Below, piece after piece: positions 12,082 to 24,200 of a stretch of 64,000 nucleotides of DNA; within the stretch, counting starts at the first letter, position 1; every line of letters starts with the position of its first letter. Source of the DNA: Yuukianura sp. NJ FZ-2021. Lineage: Eukaryota. The notes under the pieces are model-generated. The model did not search any database, was not told where the DNA came from, and saw nothing but the letters and a program-made list of their open reading frames with translations. The stretch spans positions 4,402,001-4,466,000 of the forward strand of contig CM102287.1 in NCBI GenBank assembly GCA_046563655.1, written 5' to 3'. The position numbers were made by a program, and so were the translations under genes.

Positions 12082-12273
12082 CAATCAACTCCCGCTCCTT
12101 CGTCAAACGTCCTCCAAAGGTCAACTTCAAATACACAAAATGTCACAACGACTGAGGGAGCGGGAGCCTCCGGAACGCAGCCAGAAACCATAGAGTATGA
12201 ACGTCAACCGCATCAACATCAACGTGTTGCAAGTCACTGGAATAACAGAGTTGCTGTTTGTAAGATGCAGTGA
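12079..12273 (+). CDS. Hk: Predicted stop-codon readthrough extension of Hk (X + 63 aa: QSTPAPSSNVLQRSTSNTQNVTTTEGAGASGTQPETIEYERQPHQHQRVASHWNNRVAVCKMQ*)
   Basis: TGA-CAA-TCA context, a downstream stem-loop, and a frame open to TGA 12271-12273. Confidence 0.65.
12089..12166 (+). promoter_or_regulatory. RNA stem-loop 3' of the Hk stop codon (candidate readthrough stimulator)
   Basis: ctcccgctccttcgtc (12089-12104) pairs with gactgagggagcgggag (12150-12166): 16 bp with one G-U and one bulge. Confidence 0.7.
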
Positions 12274-12809
12274 AACTTACGTTTAACCTTAAGGACAACC
12301 AAGGTCAACGAAAAAACTTCCATAAAAATGAACACCTCAAACCCATATCCAAACAATCCAGAACGTCAACACCATCATAGTTGCTTGTATAAACAATGTT
12401 ACGTTTCGTTGAAATTTCCTACTTACTATAATGTGTTGAGTATTGTTGTTGAACGTTTTGACTTTGAAGAAGCTTCATTGTTGAACGTTTTTTTAAACAA
12501 AGGTGAATACAATTCAACATTAGCTTACACGCTTCACGCCTGTACCTTCTCGTTGATTTCATAAAATAAGGAGACGCAGACCCAGTTTGTTTTTAAATTA
12601 AAAGTTTAAACAAGTTGAATGAAAATTTGAGTTTGAATTTAAAATTTTGTTGTTTAAGATTTAATAGAAGTCAAAATTCTCCTGCTTGTTTTGAGGAGTC
12701 AGTTGAAGGGGATAACTCTACTAATATAATTTTTGTTCTAAACAATTTGTGGTACAGTTAAGCTTAATTAACTAATTAACTAAAATCCTAATTAAGTTTT
12801 AGGCTTGTT

Positions 12810-12886
12810 AATAAAAAATGATCAATCGGAAAAATTTTAAAGAAGTAAATTACGTACATTACAATCTATTTGATTCTCAAAATAAA
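12810..12886 (+). terminator. Candidate Hk poly(A) signals
   Basis: AATAAA at 12810-12815 and 12881-12886. Confidence 0.45.
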
Positions 12887-15258
12887 ACTTCCACTTTTCT
12901 GTTTTCTAAATTTATGTACACATGAATTTTTTAAAACATCAACTTAACTGTTTTTAAAAAACAAAATGAAAACCATCAAACACAAGAATTTTGTTCCATT
13001 TTTTGTTTGGCAACGCATTTTCCATTTTGTTCTTTGTCTGGAAGCACGTTTCTCATTTCATAAAGTTTTGGCACAGGAATTCACGTTCTTTTGAGCCTTA
13101 AATTAACTTAATTCTCTTTACATTTGATTAATTAAGTAATTAAGTTCTAACAATTAATTCTGGACAGGACGAAGGGAAGGAAAAAATGCACTGGAATGAA
13201 ATTTATGGAAAGTTAAAAGAATAGGCCGAATTTAAATGCATAGCTGAGGACGAGGAAGGTTTTGAATCTGCTAATTGTAAAATTGCGATTTTTGAAAATT
13301 GCAAATTACGAATTTTGAAACTTGCATTGCAAACTTTTGTTAAGCATGGAAAAAGTTACAGAGAGAAAAGAGAGGACGAGGCCTTTGAACGAGTAGAAGA
13401 GAGTGAAAGTGAACATTGTTAAATTTTGTAAATGTTAATTACAGTTAATTAGTAACACTTAATTTTTCCTTTGCTAATTAAATTGTAGTTAAGTTTCTTC
13501 TTAAAGTATTTTAGTACATTGTTATTTAAAATTACGACTCTGAAAAACGTCTGGCATCACATTCCTTGTAAGGACTATATTAACAATATTGTCTCAAGTT
13601 TTTTGCAATTTCCTCATCTTTGTTCAATTTTTCGAAAAAGTGCTGGGGGAGGGGAGGGAGGGGTGCCTTAAAATTCTAAAATAAAAATTTAAACTAAACT
13701 AACACCTAACTAACTAACGTAATTAATTTTTGCTTTTTAAAAATATGGTAACTCTTGATTTTGAACTAAAACTTTTCAAACACTAGAAAACAAAAAGCCA
13801 TGCAACATGCAAAAGTGTGCAGATTTTTCCAAAGAAAGTATTTTGCATTTGTACAAATTAAAACGAAAGGCCCATTGCAATCCGCTCATGATTGTTCGAT
13901 TTCTTAAAAACTTTTCAAAATTGCACTCTTGAACTAAAATGAGTATTTTGTTTTAAAAACTTTGTTCGCAAAATTTCAAAATTGACGAGAATTTCTGTTA
14001 AGTTCGTTATGATTTTTTGTATTGCCGCAATTGTATCATTTGTTCTCTGACTAGAACAGAAGAGTAGTGATTGCTCGGTAACTTTTTGACAAAAATCAGC
14101 AATTTTGTTGATTATAAAAGACTTAAAAGTTTTGTTCTAAAAAATGTCAAAATTAAAAATTTCGCTTTCAAAGTGCTCGTTGCTTTAAAAACTGAACTAA
14201 AAAAAAACCTCATTAAATACATCGATCATTGTCAATCTTCTAAAAGTTTTGGTTGGCACTAAAGAAGAACAAAGAAAAGTTGAAAAAGTGTTAGAAAAAA
14301 AAATTGAAAAACAAATGAAAAAGTGAGTTTTTGTGCAATTTTGTGCAGAAAGGGAGGAGCGAAGTCCCACGAAATGCATGAGGGTTCATCAGATCCTTGC
14401 TAAACTTTTTGAGTATTTTGGCAGGTACGTTTTGAAGAATGAGTTTGTTTTAAAACATTTCTTTTTAGAAAATAGCAAATCTAAAAAATTTGTTCTACAA
14501 AGAGAGCATTTTTTGACGTATGACGAGATTCAAACTTGTCCTAAGACCTTAGCGTTTTAAAAATTCAAAATTTGAAAAAACCAAAACCAAACCTTGTTCG
14601 TTGTTTAAAACTTCGATGCTTAAGAGAAAAGCAATTTCGTAATTTTCCTTAAAGTAGTTCGTTGTTTTGTAAACCTTTTTGGTCTGTCATGGTTAGACGA
14701 CCTTTCGTTGTACGTCATACGTTACACGCAATACGTTACACGTTTTACGCCCTACATTGTACGCATGCTTAACAGCAGTTCACGGACGACGCTTAATACA
14801 AATCCTTTGGCACAATTACAACACAAACTCTACCCTAATTTCTTAAAAATCTTGTTCTAAAAAGTCTATTTGAACAGTTTTTAAACTTTTGAAACAGTTG
14901 GGGAGTACGTGTTAGTCATTCTTTCGTGGAACAGAACAGGAATTGAAAGTTATAGGCAACAGGAAAGTTTGAATTTTCAAAACCTTCAAAATTTCAAAAT
15001 TCCTCTTGCCGATTCACTTCATCTCCCTTAAGTACCCACTTGGACTGGACGAGTATTTAGGCCTTGTAAACTTTACGTTCTGAGTTCCCTGCATCTTCTT
15101 CATTTTTGGCAAAATGCAGAAGTTAGGAATCAGGCTTAAGACTAATATTTAACTACCTTTCTTGCTTAATTAACTAAGAATTAATTAAGAAACGAAGGTG
15201 AAGAGAATAGTTAAGTAATAAAACCCATTCCATGACGCAGTCTCTGACTATAAAACGT

Positions 15259-18200
15259 TCAGTTTCGATTGTTCGGACTTGGTTTGCAGTACTGGTAGCG
15301 ATGGTTCATGTGCTGACTGTAGGAACCGGAATGGGAAAATCGCTTGCCACACTTATTGCACTGGAACGGTTTCTGCCCAGTATGCAGACGAAGGTGTTCA
15401 GTGAGATGGTGCTTGTGCTTGAAGGCCTTTTCGCAAGTGTTGCATTTGTAAGGTCGTTGACCTGCAAAGAAATTTTGAAATTCAAACAGTTCTCCAAAAA
15501 ACTAAGTACAATTTGAAATTTTCATGAATTTTAGAAAGTACCCGAATGCTCATATTTGTGGCGTGCAAGAGAGCTCTGTTTGTTGAACGTTTTTTCACAC
15601 TGATCGCAGGAGAATTGACCAATTTCTTCCGGTTGGCCGTTAGTCATGGGATTATTTGAAGGCGGAGACGTGAGCCCTGCCATTTGCTTGGGAGCCTTTC
15701 GCTTCTTGGTGGGTCTAGCCCCACCGAGGAACAGTGGATGGTGGTCCCCATTTTCACTCATTGTTCCCTGGGAGAGGAGACTCAGTGGAGAGTGGTTGAA
15801 TCCATTCGTTCCGTACTCGAGTGGACTGCTGGACGGCACTGGAATCAAGCTTGACAAACTCGGCGGCAGGATTGGGCCGAGAGAAACGGCTGGTGACGGG
15901 GTTCGGCCGTCGTAACCATTCGGCCGATGATTTTGGCTGCCGAAGAGAGAGACTGGTGACGGAGAATTCGGTGGCTGGGACAAGATTCGGGCTAGGCGCG
16001 AAGTTGAACTAGTGACCTGGATCGGTGACCCGGTCTTGCGATGTGGACTGCCTTCATTTACCAAGCGAAACAACGTTGGTGAGCTCATTGCAACGTTCGT
16101 CTGTGGGCTAGGGCTTGGTGACGCTTTCTAAAAGTAAAATTAAAATGCAGTCAGAAAAAGAAAAATCTTTAGTTTGATCTGTAGTGAGGCTTTATATCTT
16201 CAAAAAAGTTGAAAAATTTCTTCGTACCAAATTCAGTGGCTCATCGTCAGCATCAGAAACGTTAACGTCCGAGTCGACGTGACACGGTTCTGGTGAATTC
16301 GACGGTGTTGATTTTTTCGTCGAAAGATCCAGCGGTTGTTCTGAATGTCGCTTCAAGTCTTCCAGAGGGCTCAGTGGAGCCATTGACCAAGGTTGGATGG
16401 GCACAGGAAGAAGAGAATTGATCTTTTGACCTCCCTCTTGCTTGCTACTGAACAAATGAATCCCGCCATTGAGATTCGTCGACTGCGTCGGTCTTCCTTC
16501 ACGCCTGTCCCTTGCTCTCGAATTCTGGAACCAAACCTGCTGAGAAAAAGTACGAGGTGAGAAGTGTAGGCGGAGAAAGCATGAATCTTAGTAGTTTTTT
16601 TTAGGTAAGGTTAGGTGAACAGGAGAAAGTTCCTGGAAGGTGTACCTGAACCACTCGAAGAGGTAAGACCAACTGTTGAGCCAAAGCCAGAAGATGTTCT
16701 CGCCGTGGCCGTGGATCCAGACCGTAGTGGTGCCTGAGAACGCTCAGTTGTGATTCAGAAAACAACGAACGCACACGCACCTTCCTCCCCTCTTCACTAT
16801 TTTCACCTGACACGTTCGGCTCACCTGAAACAATAACGAAACTTTTCAAAATTTCAGTTTTCAAATTACTTTTTGAGTAAAAACTGTTTCAAAAAACAAA
16901 AATTCACCTAGGATCCAGTCTCCCATACCTGAGTCCCCTCCGTCGTTTTCCGAACTGGAGTGGCGCTCGGGTCCGTCTTCGTCACCACTCATAAACTGGT
17001 CACCACTGACCGCTCGAATTGCTTCACGTGACTTTTCTTCTTCAAGTCGTTGCTGCTTCTGCGTCATTTCCAGTCTGGCAGCGAGCCCTTCAATTCCATT
17101 TTTCTTCTTTCTGCGTTCCTCTTCTTCGTTACTCATTTTGACATTGTTGTTGTTATTCGGTTGCTCGAATTCCAGTCGTTCCTCGAGTGCCAGCTTTAAA
17201 GGAATCGGAGACGTTCGGTCATGTTCGTATCCATTTTTGAGGTGACGAGACTGCAGAAACTGACGTGTCACGGATGCATTTACGGTGTCCAGAATTCTCT
17301 GAACTTTGTCTCCAACGCTTTCGTCGTTTTCTTCGAGCTTTCTCTTGCGGCGGTCACTACGCCCGTCATCTGAAACGTCGCTTCTTGCTGGTGACCTTGA
17401 CCTGGATCTGGACCGTGACCTCACAGCTCCGTTGACCTTGCCATGTACTTCCATGTTCAGCAGTGGCCCTTCTTCTGAGTCGAGTGACCCCAAGTGACGG
17501 AATGGAGAGTTCTGAGAAAGTGAATTGAAGAAGTTGTTCATGTTGAGGACGTAGGGATTGGCTGCGAGAAATGGATGGAAGTTTACTGGACCTGTTCAAT
17601 AAAAAATTAAAATTTTGAAAAAAGTTCAAAAAAGCCAAAATCAGTTTTATTGTGCCAATGTCAAACCTGGGGGTAAGAATGGGGGTGAAGTTGCGGCCGG
17701 ATAGAGATGCGGTTCGTTGCTACTTGGACTGCTTGTGAAATTATTGTCAGGAGGGTCAGTGTTGACCTGCTGGGTCAACTTGGCTGAGAGAAGTGGATGA
17801 GTTCCAAATGGAATGGAGTCTGTAGTACTAAAGTTTCGATGTATTCCCTTCGATGCTGTTGAGTTATTCGTTGTTGACGTATTTGTGTTGATTGAACTGG
17901 GATTGGATCCTTCGAATCTGCGTTGTGGAGAGACTGCTGCAGTGGGGCCCTTGTCTCCACCCTTCGCACTCCCACGGTGGCTCAACTGCAAGACAAAAAG
18001 TGTTTTAATTAACCTCTTCTAAACGGAAGTTCGTGTCATGTCATTTTCCAAATCTTTCTACAAGATCTCCGACTTTCTCAAAACTTTTTCCTTCCGCCGA
18101 AACTTTCACACCCGAACTTTTCAACTTCGGGATCAAAATCTCAATCTCATTGTCACCTCCTTTCCCCAAAACTTTCACCAATTGAGAAAATATTAGCATT

Positions 18201-21200
18201 CTAAAGTGCCTTGAGGCTCTTTCAAAGACGTTGGCATTTTCAATTTAGGTTAGGCGTTATGGTTAACATTAGGCCACGGTAGCAATAGCTAATAATTTTG
18301 CGCAAGTTAAGCTATGTTAGTAATGCGATCCGCTTTTCCTCCCTGGGGTTATTAGATTTTAATACAAATTGGCAATTTGGTGCAAAATTTCAATCACGCT
18401 CTGAGTTTTTGAGAAAAAAATATTTCATTTTTTTAAAGATTATTTTGAAAATGTTTTCATGTTTACTCCGTGCCGTTAAAAGTTTCACATAATTTCGCAG
18501 CTTTGGGGCTACAAGATATGGTTAGGTAATTCGATGGGTGTACGGGAAATGTCGAACTTAATTTCAAAATTTTTTAACATTTTTTGAACCAAATTTTGAA
18601 AATTTGAAACTTTAAGCTTGAGAAGAGATATTGAAATGTTTTGAATTTTTTAACTTACTTTGAGGTTCATGATGAGACACTTTTTGGAAGTCATGTGAGA
18701 GGAATAGGAGCCGGAGTGAGAGAATCGTTTTCCACAGTTAGTACATTCAAATGGTTTTTCTCCAGAGTGAATTCGAACATGTTCCTGAAAAATTTTCAAA
18801 AAACGAACATTAATTAAACTTCAAATTTTCTTAACTTTTTGAAAAAAAGTAACTCAAACTAGCAAAATGTTAAAATATACAAAACTGAACATAAAGTGTA
18901 AAACATGCCAAAGTTTTCATGCTCAAGACTCGACAAATCCGAAAAGTAAAAGTATTTTTCGGTTCGATTCCAGCAGAGCTGAAGGCGAGAAATGAAGTCA
19001 TTGACTTCGCAACAACATGCAAAAGTCCCCGTTTCTCAGTTCAAATGTTCAAACAAACTTAAAATCGAAAATTGAGCACAGTTTAAGTTTCTAATTGAAA
19101 AACTTTTGGTAATCAACAAAACTAAAACTGCGAATGCCATCATCATCATCATCTAAAACTCAGGAGAAAGGTGAAATAAACAGCCAAATTCCATGCAAAA
19201 TTTAAAACATGCCAGGGAAGCAAAACTTTCACTTTTTCCGAAAGTGGTTCATGCAATTTTCAGCTGCCAATCAAAACACGGAGTAAATTAAAACTCAAAA
19301 GGAGACTAATCGTAAGTGTTGGGAGTTAAGAAAAAGTGAAACAAAATGCAGGTTTTCAAAATTCCAAGTGCAGAAAAATTGTGTTTTAGAGCAAATGGAA
19401 AAGATTTTCAAAATTTTAAGAAATTGTTGGGTGTGGCCTTTACTTTGAGGTGATGCTTAAATTTGAAGGCTTTGTCACAGTCCGGACACTAGAAGTAATC
19501 AGAACAACACTTTTCAAAATTTTGCTAAAAATCGCTCGAAACAAATTTCTGAAGATTTTTGTAATTCTTGATTTTGGAGGAGAATTTTTGAAAATTATGC
19601 AATTGATGTACCTTAAATTTGCGGAGACCCGCACTTTCGTCGTGACTAATCATGTGGCGCTGTAGTCGGTACACGTTGGCAAATTGTTTAAAACAAATTT
19701 TGCAGGACTGTGGAAGTGAAGGAAGTATGACAAATGTCGGAATCGAAATGTCGCCGAACAATCACCAAAATGTCGCCGCACCCCAGCAGAAGAACAAGAC
19801 AGAAAAAAGAGAACAGGAAAATACGAATTAGAATTCTGGTGAGGGTGAGACCTAATCGACGGAACGTGCAACAGCATTACTCAAGTCCTACCAGCTTATC
19901 TCCCTGCTCCCAGAAAACTTACGATTTCCACCGTTTCGGTGTTCCAATCAAACGGTAACAAATTCGAAACACGGTAGTGCGGATTTCAGAAATCAATAAA
20001 TTCAAAATTCTGAAAATTCAGTTTTGAAACTACTTTACCTGGCTTGGGACGGGGTGTGACACTTCGTGTTTTTCCAAGTCGTCTCTATGAGCAAAGGTGA
20101 GGCCACAGTGGTCACAGACGACGGGAACAGTCGAACCGTTGAGGAGACTTAACGGCTCGGAGTAAGGCGACGACGGGATACTGCCCGCGGGACTCGGCGA
20201 CACTTCATCCTTCAGACTGCTACTGCCCAAGTCCACACCCGACTCCGATCCACCTCCACCTTGGTTCACTACTGAATCTGCAATTTCGAGAAAAAAGAAA
20301 ACAATTTAAACCAAACGTCGTACTTTCAACCGTCTAAAGACTAAAAATCAACCTTTGGTGCAAAAAATTCCGTCGCACTTTTCATTTCAGTGTATGTTAA
20401 GTTTTAATCTTTACTAATTTTCCAATTTCCTGAACATCAGGCAGTGACCTCATCTTTTTCAACCATTTGCTCCTGTGATAAATCTGTTTTAAACACTCCT
20501 GAGTCTTTAGACCTCCAATCAGTCTTCCGCTCTTCTCAGAATTGAATTAAAAAACAACTTAACAAAAGAACCTCGTGGAAACCTTGCTTAAAAAGACGCA
20601 AGTTTTAAATCTTTTGTCTTATTTTTTGTTCTTACTTCGATAGGCTGTCCACACATGGGCCAAACGCCAAAGTCGCATAGAAAAAGCATTCGTGCCACTG
20701 TAGCAATCTAAACTCAGCATCCTCACAACCATGTCATTCTTCCGCAAAGTCACACAACATCAACCATGTCACGAATGTTTAGTCTCAAGTTCACTTTTTT
20801 TTCCAACAAAAATCACAATTAGCACAATCACAACTTTCTTAAGTCCTTTGAAAAATCCAATTTCCGTAGAATTAGGAATAGACTGAAAACTTAAAAAACA
20901 ACTTTTATCTGGTTCAGTGCCACTAGAAATTTCGTTTTATAGAATTCACAACTTTTTTCTTCAAGATTTAGTTTAGTTCAAATGCGTTGTCTTCAGAATT
21001 TAGATTATGCTTAGAACTTTTAGAATTTGATTTCGGATAAAATTAAAATTGTTCAAAGGTTCGGTTAGAGAGAGCGGTGGTGAAAGTCTGAGTCAATACG
21101 GGTGGTGAGAATGGTGAAAGTGAGGGGGTAGTTTTCACTATCGCTGAAACGCTGAACGCTGTTTTTGCTACCGATTCAGGCTGCGAGTGAAAGGAAACTG

Positions 21201-24200
21201 AACTGTCTCACTTTCACCACCACCACTCCCTTCCACAAAATCCAGTCGAGGATAACCGAGACGTGTCCCTTCTTCGCAGCAATTGTTGCGCCGTGGTGGT
21301 GGGCTTCACTTTCCACTCCATCCAATTACAAGGTTTCCCAGGAACTCAGAAACAGGCAAGGGAAAGTTGGACAGATGACACAGATGCCACCCCGTCTGCT
21401 TTGGAGCCACCTCAATTAGAGCCACCATTACCCACCAAACCACCAAAATCATTTTCCAATAGCCCCACCACCTACGTCACTCCTCCATTAAAACATTATC
21501 CACACATCCTCAATTCTGAAACTTTCTCTTTTGCTCGCCTCGTTCGTCAGCGTTCCGACGAAACGTCAACCCCAAGGCCCGTTGCTGATCGCATCAAAAT
21601 TCAGCGACAGTGATTAGGTTATAGGTTAGGCAAACTCAGGAGCTTAGATTATACGTTAGGTTAACTCAACTCTGGGCGAGATTAGGCTAACATAACTCTG
21701 AACCTAACGTGACATAAGGTTTGAACCTCAACAGGACTGCTGGAGAAAGCAATATTATTAAAAATCATGGAGATTAGACCAAGATTTGATATCCTTAATA
21801 ACAAAATCGATACGGAGGAGAAAGTTCTCAAACTTTTTCTTTCCAGCTTAAAGGGAAACGGCGGGAAGTCTTTTCTGGACGAGCGCGGGAAACTTTGAAT
21901 TTTCCAAATTTCCAAAATGGAACTGTCTCCCTCTCTTTTTAGCCTGAAATGGACTTTAGGAGCTTGGAAACCTTGTACTAACGATAGCTTTTGCCTCATT
22001 AGAAGTCCGTAGAATAGCCGCTTTCCACTTTCTAACTTCCTAGTTTTTCCCTGTTTTGTCTAATTGTTCCTTTTTGAATCTTCCCTCCAACGACCCATTT
22101 TCCCCTAGAGAACGACTTGGAGCTTTCTCTAGCTTTAAGTGAGACATACACAAAGTAAAAGCGTTTCAAATTCAAACACGTTTGAGCAGAACACCGGGCC
22201 GGAATTAAAAACAACGGATTTTTACTGGAGCTTCAAATGGCCCACTTCCTTATCATCATAAAAATAAAAAGTAATCTGCCCGACAAGACTAAAAGTCTTG
22301 TGAAACGACTCTGTTTCAAATTGTACTTTCTCTTCCAGAAATTACACAAATTCGGAACTTTCTCTTTTGACAAATGGGGGGCAGGGACTCATAAATCACA
22401 ACCCCAAAAACTACTAACAACAAAACACAAAATTTTGAACTTGGCTCACTTTCTGCTTGTTTCTTCCCCCGTGCTTTTCCCAGGTTAAGATGCAAACAGT
22501 CAAGTCAACCTTTAATTTCCCCAACTTTTAATCTTCCCAAAGCCCAAAGAACAACACAGGGAGACTAATAGTTCAGTTTTCCCAGTTATTAAACAAAAAG
22601 GGAGAAAACTAAATCGCCTCCAGCCACAATTTCCAACGCTAAACTTTTCTGTTGACTGTTGGGGGAAAACAGGGAAATGGCGGGAATACACAAAAATGAA
22701 ATCCGAAAGCCTAGTTTATTACGAAATTCGAAAGGTATGCCAGTGACCTCCACCTTTATTTCAGCTTCAGGGAAAGTTCTTTATGCATTTCCTCATAAAG
22801 TGAAAGTCGGGAACTTTTCATTAGAAAGTTATTTTGGCAGAGTCAGGAATTTCTGGGGATATTAAAAACCGAAAAGTTCCCGCGCTTCAAGCATCTCCTG
22901 GTCAGTTTTGAGTTTAGTTGATCAGTGGGAGGAAGAAGGAGTGGGGAAGGGGAAAGCCGGAGGAAAGTAAACTTTTTGGAAAGCGGGGGAAAATGATCAG
23001 AATTCAGGAAAAGCAACTTCACAATAACTCGCGTCCTAATTAATGGGATTCCATATTCATGTCCACGCCCGTGAGCCACCGTTCCCACTTCCCACCGCAC
23101 TTTTGAATTTTCCCGGGAGAGACTTAATTGAAAGTTGGGTTCAGGAAGCTAGCTTAGAGCTTTGAGCACGACCGACGATCGCTGCTTTAAACAAAGTTAA
23201 GCTAACAAAGGTGCTGGAAAAAACCTAGTCTCAGCAATTTTCTCAACACTAATTAACCCTTCTCTTTTTCCCTTGAAACTTCGATTTCACTTTACACTTT
23301 GATGGAACATGGGAATGTCGCAAAGAGGAAAATGTGGCTGGCGACATTTCATCCAGAACTGTCCCGAGGAAAGTTACTTTTTATGTACCTTGTCCAGGAA
23401 GTTGTGAGGATCCAATCTCTTAAAGGGGAGAGACGAACACTTGAAAGTTGGGAGATGATGGCCAAAGTATTCTATCACTTTCCTTCCACAGGAAACTACT
23501 TTCTCAAGGGCCTTTTCAGGGACATTTACTGAGCCCTTGCCCAAAAATCTCACAAAAATTCTTCAAATCGACTCAAAATCTTCCAAACATTCCTCAAATT
23601 CACCCAAAATCGCTAGAAACTCTTCAAATCGGATGAAAACCGCTAAGAAGTGTTCGAATCGCCTCAAAATAGTATACAAACTGTTGAAAAATTGTAAATG
23701 TTAAGTAGTAATCGACATAAAGCTTCCCAGAACTTTGTTATAGGAAACCCATTTTGATTTGTTACACTACAAGATTCTTTTAAACGAACTTCAACTGTTT
23801 CAAAATCTAGTTTTGAGTGAGACACTTTGAGTAACTGAATTGGTTCGTTTCGTAACGTCTGGAAAGTGTGAAAAGTGTGGTAATTAGTAACAATTCAATT
23901 AGAACCAATTAACGTCTTCAGACCCAATTTTCATCACCACCCAACAACTTCTTTTGGATCCTAATATCATTTCTACTCCAAAAATCTCTTCTTTGCTCAA
24001 AAAAACCAAGACTGTTACCCAATGCGCAGTAAACTCCAAAAAACAAAAGACAAACAACAAATAACCTATACAATTTCCCCCTAATAAAACTCACAAAAAA
24101 CGGACTTCTCTTAAACCGATGGTTGACGACGCTCAAAAATACAAAGTAATTCGCAGTTGTTGGAACTCAAGCATCTCATAGGTAAATTGGTCCTAGTACA

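Noticed and set aside
12274..12900. SECIS element, which would make the Hk UGA a selenocysteine codon
   Set aside because: No convincing AUGA/GA-quartet hairpin was visible by eye. A SECISearch run is needed to exclude it formally.
12274..15258. miR-8/miR-200 seed sites in the zfh1 3' UTR
   Set aside because: No minus-strand CAGTATT was found by manual scan. The AGTATT matches are on the opposite strand.
15175..15261. Readthrough of the zfh1 stop
   Set aside because: The context is TGA-A, the downstream frame is short and AT-rich, and no stem was seen.
15232..18022. Plus-strand ORFs overlapping zfh1
   Set aside because: Antisense shadows of C2H2 and other coding exons.
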